Shown: positions 12,600 to 22,535 of the stretch, in pieces
How positions within the stretch are numbered: the stretch's first letter is position 1
Layout of the letters: every line of letters starts with the position of its first letter
IMG/VR virus record: IMGVR_UViG_3300033997_000478
Span: 186,001-250,000 of that record
DNA length: 64,000 nucleotides
Reading direction: 5' to 3' (one strand)
Program-made: the position numbers and the translations under genes
Notes under the pieces: model-generated
Told to the model about the DNA's origin: nothing
The model's database searches: none
The model's input: only the letters and a program-made list of their open reading frames with translations

Positions 12600-13662
12600 T
12601 CAAATCGTACCGATCATCGAGAAGACGATCCAGCACTACGCCGGTGAACGTGGCATGATCCTGGCCGGCTACCCGCTTTCCCGCGAAGCCTACCACCGCA
12701 CCCTCACCAACGGCGTGCTGGTCGGTGACGACGAGTGCATCCCCTACGAGATCAAGGTGGATGTCACCACCGGTAACCGCACCCGCATGTCCTCTTCGGT
12801 CGCACGTGACATGATGCAGGCTGAACTGAGCCGACTGCTTCTCAAGCACAAGGTCATCGTGTTGCGCAGTGACCGCAACGAAGCCAAGGACTGCCGAGAC
12901 GGAGCGCACTTCTTCCGTCTGGCGTTCATTCCGGCCAAGGTCTTCGCTGAGGCGTTGATCGTCAACTTGAAGCTCCGCCGTCCGCGCGTGTTCGAGCTCG
13001 GCCAGAACCCGCAGTTGTTGCTCGATGACGACGACGCCCGGTTGGACGGGGCGGTCTGGAAGGAAGAAGTCAGTCCCTACTGGTGGTTGGATCGTCCGTT
13101 CCGCTTCGGCCGTGCGGTGCGTGCTCATTTCCACGAGGCCAGTGAAGGTAATGACTGGCAGATGATCCAAGACGAAGCCAACGTCCTCTTGCGCGACCAA
13201 GGCGTGGAGGTGATGCGCCTGTACCGCGACTCGGTGCTGCTGAGTCTGGCCGGTATGTGTCCGGACCTGGTGGAGGAAGACGTGCGCTGGGCTGCGGCGC
13301 AGTGCGACACCGATAACTACGGGCTGGCCGTTCTGGCACCGCATCTGCCCGAGGATGCTCGTGACTTCCTGTTCGCCTATGCCGAGCACTTCCACACTTG
13401 CAGTACGAAGGGTCAATTCCTGAAGGCCATCCGTCTGCGTGGGCTGCCCTACCCGCTGCCCAACCACATCGTCGATGACATCATCGAGCACGATCAACCG
13501 CTGGGTGTAACCGACCAGTTTGAGATCCAGTTCAAGCTGCTGCACGCCTTCCTCTACGACGACAACTTCAAGCGAGCCTACAACTTCGACAAGCGCTCGA
13601 TTCGTCGGCAGTCCCTACACCGCTACGTGGAGTTCCGCAATGCACACGCTCCTTCAGCCTGA
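12559..13662 (+). CDS. hypothetical protein (367 aa)
   Basis: Long ORF with phage-like codon usage. Confidence 0.7.
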   Translation: MNIQYPSELQPLADQIVPIIEKTIQHYAGERGMILAGYPLSREAYHRTLTNGVLVGDDECIPYEIKVDVTTGNRTRMSSSVARDMMQAELSRLLLKHKVIVLRSDRNEAKDCRDGAHFFRLAFIPAKVFAEALIVNLKLRRPRVFELGQNPQLLLDDDDARLDGAVWKEEVSPYWWLDRPFRFGRAVRAHFHEASEGNDWQMIQDEANVLLRDQGVEVMRLYRDSVLLSLAGMCPDLVEEDVRWAAAQCDTDNYGLAVLAPHLPEDARDFLFAYAEHFHTCSTKGQFLKAIRLRGLPYPLPNHIVDDIIEHDQPLGVTDQFEIQFKLLHAFLYDDNFKRAYNFDKRSIRRQSLHRYVEFRNAHAPSA

Positions 13663-14230
13663 CGAAGACAACATCCGTCGGCAGATCCTGCTGACCCACC
13701 CGGAGTTGAACCTGCCGTTTGACTTCCAGCTGGACTACGTTGACCTGACCCATCTGGCGCATGACTTCAACCGACATCCTTACGCGGCGTACGTCGAACC
13801 GTACTTGATGAATCACATCAACGAACTGGTGCAGACCCGTTGCTTTGATGAGCAGGGTGAGCCGATCGGTTGCAAGCACATCCACTTGGCCATCAATGTC
13901 ACCGGGTTCACCCCCTTCATGGTGGCCAATGCGCGCATGCGACTGGAGCCCGGCTACTTCCAGGCTGCGGGTATCGGCAGCATCACACTGATCGATAACA
14001 ACCCCCGGCCGTTCAGCACTCCCGGCCACGCCTACGCCGGCGCTCTGCCGGCACTGCGGGCGATGACTAGTAGTCGCTGGACCGACACTGAGGGTAGTCT
14101 CCTCGGTGAGATGGCGGTGGTCGACACGATCAAGCGCCTACTCGATACCATCGATGACCAACAGCGCCAGCTGGCACTGAAGGACAACGAGATCGTCGGC
14201 ATGCGTCAGGTGATCTACAAGGGCCGGTAA
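13640..14230 (+). CDS. hypothetical protein
   Basis: ATG at 13640 overlapping the upstream gene end. Confidence 0.65.
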   Translation: MHTLLQPDEDNIRRQILLTHPELNLPFDFQLDYVDLTHLAHDFNRHPYAAYVEPYLMNHINELVQTRCFDEQGEPIGCKHIHLAINVTGFTPFMVANARMRLEPGYFQAAGIGSITLIDNNPRPFSTPGHAYAGALPALRAMTSSRWTDTEGSLLGEMAVVDTIKRLLDTIDDQQRQLALKDNEIVGMRQVIYKGR

Positions 14231-14346
14231 AGTCCATGGAACGACGCAACATAAAAGCCATGCTCCGGGAAATGGCCTCGCCGCAATGGCAGGCCAAACA
14301 ACGCGAGCACCACCAATTCAACACACCACCGCCCAAGGAACCACCC

Positions 14347-15195
14347 GTGTCCCGCAACTACAGCGACAATACCCCTCCGCACATCCCCGGTTGGCTGATC
14401 GCCACCGTCCTGATCCTCGTCTTCATGGTCCTCGCCGTTATCGGCGGCTGCAGCGCTTTCGATCGCGTCAAGACCGAAGCCGGCACCGAGACGGTGGTCA
14501 CCGACACCCCGCTGTTCTTCGGCAAGGGCGGCGTGCGTCCGGAAACCCTCAAGCCGGGCGCCGAGTGGATCTGGTCCACCACCAAGCGCGACGTGGTCAA
14601 CCCCAAGCCGGTGATGATCCCGGTCACGATCGATGACTTCGTGTCCGAGGACAACATCCTGTTGGACTTCGACGCTTCGGTTACTGTGCAGGTCACCAAC
14701 TGGCCGCTGATGATGAGCCTGTACGGCGAGCAATGGTGGAAGAACAACCTGGAGCGTCCGTACCAGGCCATGGTTCGCGAGCAGGTCAAGCAGAAGTCCA
14801 TGAAGGCCATGATGTCCGACGTCACTGCCGCCAAGGAAGTCGACGACAACCTGACCAAGAACCTGACCGACAAGGTCGCCGAACTGAAGATGCCGGTTCG
14901 CATTCTGGAGATCTCGCTGGGCAAGGCCAAACCCAACCCCAAGATCCTGGAACAGATGAACGAAACGGCGGCCCAGCAGCAACGCCTGCTGACGCTGGAG
15001 CAGGCTCGTCTGGCCGAAGTCAAGCGTAAGGAAGAGCAGACCGCCAAGGCCCAAGCCGACAACGCCTACCGCAACACCATCGGTCTGAGTGCAGAGGAGT
15101 ACGTCCGCCTGCAGCTGGCCGACAAGCTCGTTGCCGCCTGCCGCGAGGCCAAGGAATGCGTGCTGGTGCCGCAGGGCACCAACGTCGTGCGCTGA
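14347..15195 (+). CDS. SPFH/Band 7 (prohibitin/HflC-like) membrane protein
   Basis: Single TM, LKPG..W, D..SEDNILLDFD, coiled-coil tail with AKAQADNAY; GTG start after AAGGAA (ORF open from 14236). Confidence 0.85.
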   Translation: MSRNYSDNTPPHIPGWLIATVLILVFMVLAVIGGCSAFDRVKTEAGTETVVTDTPLFFGKGGVRPETLKPGAEWIWSTTKRDVVNPKPVMIPVTIDDFVSEDNILLDFDASVTVQVTNWPLMMSLYGEQWWKNNLERPYQAMVREQVKQKSMKAMMSDVTAAKEVDDNLTKNLTDKVAELKMPVRILEISLGKAKPNPKILEQMNETAAQQQRLLTLEQARLAEVKRKEEQTAKAQADNAYRNTIGLSAEEYVRLQLADKLVAACREAKECVLVPQGTNVVR

Positions 15196-15263
15196 TGCCC
15201 AGCTGGGCTTTGCACCAGCAGTTCCTGTTTTACCACCAACTACGTTCCAAGGAGCAACCAACG

Positions 15264-15518
15264 ATGGATGAACAGCTGATCGACCACAGCAACAAGCGCG
15301 TGACGCCGGGCGTGTACAAGCACTACAAACGTGGCCGCTTCGTCGTGCTGGGCGTTGCCAAGAACTGCAAGACCAACGAAGAGGTCGTGGTCTTCTACAA
15401 CGAGGAAGACATGTCCTCGATGTGGATTCGCCCGGTCGAGGAGTTCCTGAGCACGGCCGAGCTGGACGGTGATCAGGTGGTCCGCTTCGTCAAGGTCGAC
15501 CACGTCCTGCGCGACTGA
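15264..15518 (+). CDS. DUF1653-family protein
   Basis: GVYKHYKRG..V.GVAK...T.E.VV.Y....MWIRP..EF; AAGGAG RBS. Confidence 0.8.
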   Translation: MDEQLIDHSNKRVTPGVYKHYKRGRFVVLGVAKNCKTNEEVVVFYNEEDMSSMWIRPVEEFLSTAELDGDQVVRFVKVDHVLRD

Positions 15519-15582
15519 GTGTGATCGTATGTGGGGAGGATGGTCCTCCCCACTGCGCTGTAAGAACCCTAGGGGAATTAGG

Positions 15583-15981
15583 ATGAAAGTGCGACGCAGG
15601 GGATTGTTCCAGAGCTTGGTGTTTGTCATCGCATGGCGGTTGAACGCCTTGCGCCAGAAGTACTTCTCACCGGACGTACCGCCGGTGGTCCAGATCCCGC
15701 GGGAGATCCTTCCGCTGACGTATCTGGGTTCGGTGATCATGCAGTACTGCGCCTTCACCAACCGTGAGCCGGAGGAGCTGAAAGCTTCTGCCAAGCTGAC
15801 CCAGTTGGTCGAACGCGGCACCGGTGACCACGAGCTGCACAGCACGCTGCTGGAGATGTTTATCCACGGCTCTTACGTCACCTCGACGTTTGACTGGCTG
15901 GTCAGTATCGGCGATGCCAAACACGAAGAGCGGGAGGCGTTCTTTAAGTTCGCCACGATCTCACCTGTAATCCCGACCTAA
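15583..15981 (+). CDS. hypothetical protein
   Basis: ORF followed by a hairpin. Confidence 0.55.
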   Translation: MKVRRRGLFQSLVFVIAWRLNALRQKYFSPDVPPVVQIPREILPLTYLGSVIMQYCAFTNREPEELKASAKLTQLVERGTGDHELHSTLLEMFIHGSYVTSTFDWLVSIGDAKHEEREAFFKFATISPVIPT

Positions 15982-15985
15982 CCAT

Positions 15986-16008
15986 CCCCGCCTTCGGGCG
16001 GGGTTTTA
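15986..16008 (+). terminator. intrinsic terminator-like hairpin
   Basis: CCCCGCC-TTCG-GGCGGGG-TTTTA. Confidence 0.75.
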
Positions 16009-16024
16009 TTCGCATGGAGAAGTT

Positions 16025-16585
16025 ATGGCGCGTGAAGAAAATGCGTTGATGTTTCGTCTGCAAGTGCGACTGAAATCGGACACTCCGGACTTTGTAATTC
16101 AGACGCTACGTCTGATGGTGGGGCAGCGTGCAGTGCAGCCGCCCAAGCACCCGCCCGAACATGCTTTTGGCCGTTTGCCGGGATGGTACAACCTGCTGCG
16201 TAATCTGAGCACGCGTACGCAGCGCTTTGCCTCCCACGAAACGGGCGGCAGTGGGAAGTTCAGCCAGTTGAAGTACACGTCGGGTTCATCCACCTTGCGT
16301 GAGTACAGTGGTTACTACGAACTCAAGGCAATTGGTGTCAGTAGTGCTGAAGAGCAGGATTTCGGTCTGTTCCTGGCATGGCTCTCGCCCTACTTGGTGC
16401 GTGCTGAGGGCGATCAGTGGTTGGCGCTGGTGCAAGCCTATGCCTTCTACACCCCGAAGGCAGGTCGTCGTAGGACCAAAGCAGGACTGATCAAGTTGTA
16501 TAGTCATCCGGTGAAAGGTGGTAGCTATCCGACCCTACATTACCGCGTTGGTCGTTTGCCGGATCTGGTCAAGCACATCTTGTGA
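16025..16585 (+). CDS. phage protein of unknown function (paralog of 8824..9453)
   Basis: LKSDTPDFVIQTLRLM motif; GGAG RBS. Confidence 0.7.
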   Translation: MAREENALMFRLQVRLKSDTPDFVIQTLRLMVGQRAVQPPKHPPEHAFGRLPGWYNLLRNLSTRTQRFASHETGGSGKFSQLKYTSGSSTLREYSGYYELKAIGVSSAEEQDFGLFLAWLSPYLVRAEGDQWLALVQAYAFYTPKAGRRRTKAGLIKLYSHPVKGGSYPTLHYRVGRLPDLVKHIL

Positions 16586-16607
16586 GACCCTCGTTCAAGG
16601 ACACCCC

Positions 16608-16919
16608 ATGTACGGCACCGCCGACAACAAGAAGAGCTTCCATCTGCGGATGGGGCCAGTAACGCTGCACTCCCTCCCGCCCAAGGACGTTGCAGTTCGC
16701 GTCCACATCTGTCCGGAGACCAACGTGCTGTTGGTGTTGGGCCGCGATAAGGGTGAGTGGACGGAGAAGCACTTGATGGCTGCGCAGTTCATCGCCGACC
16801 TGGCTGAGTACATGAAGCAGCGCGCCTTCACCGGGCACTTCTATCTCGGCGGCGCTGAGTACCTGCGCGTCAACCAACGCTACACCCGTTCGACCCCGCG
16901 CGCCCGCGCACCTCTGTGA
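16608..16919 (+). CDS. hypothetical protein
   Basis: ATG at 16608 after AAGGA. Confidence 0.6.
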   Translation: MYGTADNKKSFHLRMGPVTLHSLPPKDVAVRVHICPETNVLLVLGRDKGEWTEKHLMAAQFIADLAEYMKQRAFTGHFYLGGAEYLRVNQRYTRSTPRARAPL

Positions 16920-16924
16920 CGGCA

Positions 16925-16959
16925 CATAGCCCCTCCCCCAAACGGGGAGGGGTTTATGC
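16925..16959 (+). terminator. intrinsic terminator-like hairpin
   Basis: CCCCTCCCC-CAAAC-GGGGAGGGG-TTTATGC. Confidence 0.75.
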
Positions 16960-17028
16960 GACGTCTTTCTTTTTTGCCTTAATACTGTGGAGAGCACCAT
17001 TCCTTCCCACACTCAGGGTTTTAACCCC

Positions 17029-17817
17029 ATGGCAAAGAACGCACAGAAGTCTGATCGTCGCAGCGGTAAGCGTGCTCGTCGTCAAGAAGAGACCGGCTCC
17101 AACGTGATCCCGTTCACTGTCAGCGCCAAATCCGACAAGCGCCACCGCGAAGAGTCCACTCGTCGACTCATCGCCAAGCCGCTAGTGTGCAAGGGCGACA
17201 CCCAGCCGAAATACCTGGACGCAATCCGTGGTCATGACCTGACTTTCGGTGTGGGTCCGGCCGGTACGGGTAAGACCTACGTGTCCACCAAGTGGGCCGC
17301 CATCGAAGTTGACCAGAAGCGCTACCAGCGCCTGATCATCGTTCGCCCCATCGTCGAAGCAGGTGGTGGCCTGGGCTTCTTGCCCGGTGACATCGCAGAA
17401 AAGACCGACCCCTACCAGGAACCGTTCAAGCGCGTGCTGATCGAGCACTGGGGTGAGAGTCATCTGGAAAACCTGATGCGCGGTGAGGACGCCAAGGTGG
17501 TGTTCGTGGCGCCGGAGTTCATTCGTGGCCGCACCTTCGACAATGCCGTGGTGATTCTGGACGAAGCCCAGAACATGACGCCGCTGCAGATGAAGACCTT
17601 CCTCACCCGTATCGGTGAGAACTCCAAGGTCATCATCAACGGCGACATCGACCAGGTGGACATCAAGGGGCTGTCGGGCCTGAAGGACGCCATCGACCGG
17701 CTGGAAGGAATGGACGAAGTGGGCATCATCCACTTCACCGAAGAAGACATCGTGCGCAGCAAGCTGGTCAAGGCCATCCTGATGCGCTACCGCACCCAAG
17801 ACACCCTCAAGGTGTAA
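17029..17817 (+). CDS. phoH: PhoH-family ATPase
   Basis: GPAGTGKT, LGFLPG, IRGRTF, ILDEAQN, GDIDQVD. Confidence 0.95.
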   Translation: MAKNAQKSDRRSGKRARRQEETGSNVIPFTVSAKSDKRHREESTRRLIAKPLVCKGDTQPKYLDAIRGHDLTFGVGPAGTGKTYVSTKWAAIEVDQKRYQRLIIVRPIVEAGGGLGFLPGDIAEKTDPYQEPFKRVLIEHWGESHLENLMRGEDAKVVFVAPEFIRGRTFDNAVVILDEAQNMTPLQMKTFLTRIGENSKVIINGDIDQVDIKGLSGLKDAIDRLEGMDEVGIIHFTEEDIVRSKLVKAILMRYRTQDTLKV

Positions 17818-17858
17818 GCATAATGCGTACCGCCCCCGCCTTCGGGCGGGGGTTATGC
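17818..17858 (+). terminator. intrinsic terminator-like hairpin
   Basis: GCATAA..CCCCCGCC-TTCG-GGCGGGGG-TTATGC. Confidence 0.75.
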
Positions 17859-17936
17859 TGCTAAGTTTTCAGACGACCTCTAATGGTATGCACAGGTCAA
17901 AGGACCATGTGCACTCCTGACAATAAAGAGGTTCAA

Positions 17937-18920
17937 ATGAACACCTATAACGAAAGCGCTCACGTAGAAGAACCGACGGATGCCGTCGAACCAACCATCG
18001 CCAAGATCGAAATGGCGTGGGGTTGGAACAACACCACCTGTCGCCAGTTGGTTTTCTTTGAGGGTATCTACGATTACTTCCGGCGGCGTGCTTTTGGAAG
18101 CGACATCACCGATCCAGTTGAAGCTGACTATTTGGAAGTCAACCGCACGGATCTGCAGGGTTTCCAATTCCTGCGGTTCAATCGCGCAACTCGAGAACTC
18201 CATGGTACGGTCCGTCTGAAGGGTCGCCAACGCCATTCTACCAAGATGGTGGATGTCGATCTGGTCTTCAAGATGACCCCCATTCTCTTGGAAATTGAGT
18301 ATCGCGGTAAAAGCCAACCCGGTACGGTGCTCTGGCAGAAATTCATCGAGGTCGAACGTGGGATTGCTCCACGTTGGATCAGGGTGATTGACACCACCCC
18401 TCGCCGCATGGTTCCCCCCAACATGCTCTCCTTGGACAGTAAGGAACTGGTGTCTACCATCAGCCGCGAACTGTCCGTCAATGTCATGTTGGACTCAGAG
18501 TCCTGCGAAAATCTCAACTTCATCCTCGGCAGCCTTCAGGCTTGGCGGGGGATGCGGGTAATCGATGAGGAGCTGGCTCTCAGGCATATGGGGGTACTGT
18601 CTATCGCTCTGTACGACGCACAGAGTGAACTTAACGCGGAGATCCCCGTTGGTGACGGGACCAAGACCCGCGGGCACCTTACTCGGAAGGCTGTTTTGCG
18701 TATCATGAAGGCGTTGGATCCTTTCACCGAACCGGGGACATCGCCAATGGGGCAGGTGTTTGCCCAAGTGGCGGGTAGGAAGATGTTGTCCATTCAGTTG
18801 GACCCCGACGACCCCAACCCGATCGATACGGTTAGCTTCCTGATTGACGAGCACCGCAAGCGTGAACGTTACCCTGGCACGATCATGAAAGTGGCAGATC
18901 GGAAGAGGGATTGGTCCTAA
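17937..18920 (+). CDS. hypothetical protein
   Basis: ATG at 17937 after AGAGG; long ORF. Confidence 0.7.
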   Translation: MNTYNESAHVEEPTDAVEPTIAKIEMAWGWNNTTCRQLVFFEGIYDYFRRRAFGSDITDPVEADYLEVNRTDLQGFQFLRFNRATRELHGTVRLKGRQRHSTKMVDVDLVFKMTPILLEIEYRGKSQPGTVLWQKFIEVERGIAPRWIRVIDTTPRRMVPPNMLSLDSKELVSTISRELSVNVMLDSESCENLNFILGSLQAWRGMRVIDEELALRHMGVLSIALYDAQSELNAEIPVGDGTKTRGHLTRKAVLRIMKALDPFTEPGTSPMGQVFAQVAGRKMLSIQLDPDDPNPIDTVSFLIDEHRKRERYPGTIMKVADRKRDWS

Positions 18921-18931
18921 CCCCATCCATA

Positions 18932-18959
18932 GACCCGTTCTTCGGAACGGGTTTTATGC
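18932..18959 (+). terminator. intrinsic terminator-like hairpin
   Basis: ACCCGTTC-TTCG-GAACGGGT-TTTATGC. Confidence 0.75.
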
Positions 18960-19177
18960 TGTCGGCGCATCATATGTGGGGAAAGAATTCTGTCCCGAAA
19001 CACACGTCGAGAAGACCCCCTAAGGACTGCTCGACAAGCAAGGTTTGTGCCCTAAGGTGGGTCTGTAAAAAACAACCCCCGACCTTGTAGGATATGAAAA
19101 AGTCCTCTAAGCCGCAACACGCAATCACCCCCATCAGAGGATACCCGTCCCTCTGATCGTCCAACTCAGGAAACAAC

Positions 19178-21943
19178 ATGGAAACTCTGGAAGACCGGAC
19201 CGCCTACAATGCAGCCATCGCCACCTCGCACGCTCAGCTCAAGGAGCTGATCGCCGCCCATGCGCATGTGCTGGTCATCTTCAGCCGCGTGACGTGCCCG
19301 CACTGCCGCACGCTGGAAGCTGTAATGGCTGAACCGGTGATCCAAGACGCCTTCGCTGCGCGCGATGTGAGCGTTGTCGAGATCAAGCTGGACAAGGTCG
19401 AGCCGGCCGTGGCCGTCGAATACGGTTTGCGTGCAGCGCCGACCCAGGTGTACTTCGTGGAAGGCAAGGAAGTGGCCCGTGCAACCGGCGCTACCGCCCT
19501 GACCGATCTGGTCGGCCTGATCGAAGCCAACTTCTCCAAGCCGGCTGCTGAAGAGAAGCCGCTTGTGGACATCAAGCCTGATGCGGTCCTTGAAAAGCAC
19601 CTGGTCAGCGAAGCACAGCCGCAGAAGGCTCCTGAAATGCGCGTGACCAAGCGCAACGGCAAGACCGAGCCGGTGGACCTGAACAAGATCCTGCGCGCCG
19701 TACAGCGCAGCGCAGAAGGCCTGAACGCCGTTGATCCGATGCGCGTGGCCACCCGTACCATCTCCGGCCTGTACGACGGCGCCACCACCCGTGAACTGGA
19801 CGAGCTGTCCATCCGCACCGCCGCCCTGCTGACCGGCGAAGACCCTGAGTATTCCAAGCTGGCTGCGCGCCTGCAGGCGAACTACATCGCCAAGGAAGTC
19901 ACCAACCAGCAGATCTACGCGTTCACCCAGTCCATCCAGCTGGGCTTCGATGTCGGCCTGATCAATGAGCGTCTGCTGAAGTTCGTGCAGGCCAATGCCC
20001 GCAAGCTCAACGACACCATCAACATCGAAAACGACAACAACTTCGAGTACTTCGGTCTGCGGACCATGTACGACCGCTACCTTCTGCGCCACCCGATCAC
20101 CCGCAAGGTCATCGAGACCCCGCAGCAGTTCTTCCTGCGTATCGCTTCGGCCCTGGCCACCGACGTCTCCGAAGCCCAGGCCCTGTACGAGCGCATGGCT
20201 GCGCTGGACTACCTGCCGTCCTCGCCGACCCTGTTCAACTCCGGCACCCGCCATGAGCAGATGTCCTCCTGCTTCCTGCTGGACTCCCCGCAGGACGACC
20301 TGGGCGCGATCTACGCCAAGTACGGCGACATCGCTCAGCTGAGCAAGTTCTCCGGCGGTATCGGCGTGGGCTTCACCCGCGTACGTGCTCGTGGTTCGCT
20401 GATCAAGTCCACCAACGGCCACTCCAACGGCATCGTGCCGTGGCTGAAGACCCTGGACTCCTCCGTGGCCGCCGTCAACCAGGGCGGCAAGCGCAAGGGC
20501 GCTGCTTGCGTCTATCTGGAAACCTGGCATGCCGACGTCGAGGACTTCCTCGAACTGCGTGACAACGTGGGCGATGAAGCCCGCCGTACCCACAACCTGA
20601 ACCTGGCCAACTGGATCCCCGACCTGTTCATGCAGCGCGTGGAAGCTGACCAGCAGTGGTCGCTGTTCGACCCGAACAAGGTCCCGCACTTCACCGACCT
20701 GTACGGTGACGACTTCACCGCCGCCTACGAGCAGGCCGAGCAGCAGGGCCTGTACGAACGCCAGATCTCCGCACGCAAGCTGTACGCGCGCATGATGCGC
20801 ACGCTGGCTGAGACCGGCAATGGCTGGATGAACTTCAAGGACAAGTGCAACAAGGCGTCCAACCAGACCGCCAAGGCCGGCAACGTCATCCACCTGTCCA
20901 ACCTGTGCACCGAGATCCTGGAAGTCACCGACAAGGACGAGACGGCCGTGTGCAACCTCGGCTCGATCAACCTGGGTCACCACGTGGTCAATGGCGAGTT
21001 CGACTTCGCCAAGCTGGGTGAGACCGTGCGTCTGGCCATCCGTCAGCTGGACCGGGTGATCGACCTGAACTTCTACCCGATCGAATCGGCCCGTCGTTCC
21101 AACAGCCGCTGGCGTCCGGTCGGTCTGGGTACGATGGGTCTGCAGGACGTGTTCTTCAAGAAGGGCTACGCCTTCGACTCCGAAGAAGCCCGCGCCCTGT
21201 CCAAGCAGATCGCCGAGACCATCTACTTCTACGCGCTGGAAGCTTCGTGCGAACTGGCTCAGCAGCTGGGCAAGCACGCCTCCTTCGCCGACACCCGTGC
21301 CGCCAAGGGCGAGCTGCAGTTCGACGCGTGGGGCGTGACCCCGAGCGATACCGCCAAGTGGGACGCTCTGCGTGAGCAGATCAAGCAGCACGGTCTGCGC
21401 AATTCGCTGATGATCGCCATCGCCCCCACTGCCACGATCGCCTCGATCGCCGGCTGCTACGAGTGCGTGGAACCGCAGGTGTCCAACCTGTTCAAGCGCG
21501 AGACCCTGTCTGGCGACTTCCTGCAGATCAACAAGTACCTGGTGGCTGACCTGAAGAAGGCCGGCCTGTGGAATGCTGGCGTGCGCGACGCCATCAAGCT
21601 GGCTGAAGGTTCGATCCAGGGCATCGAGGCCATTCCGGCCGCTCTGCGTCAGACCTATCGCACCGTGTGGGAACTGCCGATGCGTTCGCTGATCGACATG
21701 GCCGCCGATCGTGGTGCGTTCATCGACCAGTCCGCCTCGCTGAACCTGTTCATGGAAAGCCCGAACATCGGCGCGATGTCTTCCATGTACATGTACGCTT
21801 GGAAGAAGGGTATCAAGACCACCTACTACCTGCGTTCGCGCCCGGCGACCAAGATCGCCAAGACCACCGTGTCGGCCTACAGCCCGACCGATGCCGTGGC
21901 CTGCTCGCTGGAAAACCCGGAAACTTGCGAAGCCTGCACCTGA
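19178..21943 (+). CDS. nrdA: class Ia ribonucleotide reductase alpha subunit with N-terminal thioredoxin-like domain and ATP cone
   Basis: Thioredoxin CPHC; ATP cone VTKRNG; PTLFNSG, SSCF, GGIG, SNLCTEI, CNLGS, IAPTATI, KTTYYLR, C-terminal CEAC. Confidence 0.97.
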   Translation: METLEDRTAYNAAIATSHAQLKELIAAHAHVLVIFSRVTCPHCRTLEAVMAEPVIQDAFAARDVSVVEIKLDKVEPAVAVEYGLRAAPTQVYFVEGKEVARATGATALTDLVGLIEANFSKPAAEEKPLVDIKPDAVLEKHLVSEAQPQKAPEMRVTKRNGKTEPVDLNKILRAVQRSAEGLNAVDPMRVATRTISGLYDGATTRELDELSIRTAALLTGEDPEYSKLAARLQANYIAKEVTNQQIYAFTQSIQLGFDVGLINERLLKFVQANARKLNDTINIENDNNFEYFGLRTMYDRYLLRHPITRKVIETPQQFFLRIASALATDVSEAQALYERMAALDYLPSSPTLFNSGTRHEQMSSCFLLDSPQDDLGAIYAKYGDIAQLSKFSGGIGVGFTRVRARGSLIKSTNGHSNGIVPWLKTLDSSVAAVNQGGKRKGAACVYLETWHADVEDFLELRDNVGDEARRTHNLNLANWIPDLFMQRVEADQQWSLFDPNKVPHFTDLYGDDFTAAYEQAEQQGLYERQISARKLYARMMRTLAETGNGWMNFKDKCNKASNQTAKAGNVIHLSNLCTEILEVTDKDETAVCNLGSINLGHHVVNGEFDFAKLGETVRLAIRQLDRVIDLNFYPIESARRSNSRWRPVGLGTMGLQDVFFKKGYAFDSEEARALSKQIAETIYFYALEASCELAQQLGKHASFADTRAAKGELQFDAWGVTPSDTAKWDALREQIKQHGLRNSLMIAIAPTATIASIAGCYECVEPQVSNLFKRETLSGDFLQINKYLVADLKKAGLWNAGVRDAIKLAEGSIQGIEAIPAALRQTYRTVWELPMRSLIDMAADRGAFIDQSASLNLFMESPNIGAMSSMYMYAWKKGIKTTYYLRSRPATKIAKTTVSAYSPTDAVACSLENPETCEACT

Positions 21944-21946
21944 TCC

Positions 21947-22474
21947 ATGGAACTGTATCAGCACCCGGTCTTTCCGGGTGTTCAGGCCACGCGATCCGGT
22001 GAGGTCTTCTCGCACGGCAAGCATCTGAGGGGAAGCAACATCAAGTACCCTCAGGTGTTTGTCCGCGATGCGGGTAAGCTCCAAACCAAGCATCGTCTTG
22101 TCTACGAGTGCGTCACCGGTGAGCCATTACCGGAATACGAACGCAAGGGCAACGGGCTTGAACTCAACCACAAAGACGGCGACACCCGCAATGCCGCCTT
22201 CGACAACCTTGAGCTGATCACCCATGGCGAGAATATGCGCCATTCATGGCAGACGCTTGGCAAACGCCAAGCTCTTGCTCCCGGTGTGCTCAACGCCAGT
22301 GCCAAACTGACGGTCCATGACATCCATGTGATCTTCATCGACTGGTACTACGGCGCCACCTATGCGGAACTCGGGCGACGGTTCGGTGTGCATGAAAGTG
22401 CCATCAGTCGAATCATCTCCGGAGAGCAATACCAACGCGAATCCCAGCAGATCCGGGAAGAGCTCGGACTGTAG
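21947..22474 (+). mobile_element. free-standing HNH homing endonuclease with C-terminal HTH
   Basis: HRLVY..ELNHKDGDTRNAAFDNLELITHGENMRH, then AKLT..DI..ELGRRFGVHESAISRI. Confidence 0.85.
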
Positions 22475-22535
22475 TAACTGAGATGGGGGTGCCCGCAACG
22501 GCACCCCCTCTTTATCCCCTGACAAGAAGAAGATC

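Noticed and set aside
18961-19177. NrdR boxes or riboswitch upstream of nrdA
   Set aside because: Only weak resemblance (CATCATATGTGG, two CCCTAAGG copies, one hairpin at 19133..19157); not enough to call
19166-22093. 975-aa minus-strand ORF
   Set aside because: Antisense shadow of the strongly codon-biased nrdA; no motifs or RBS
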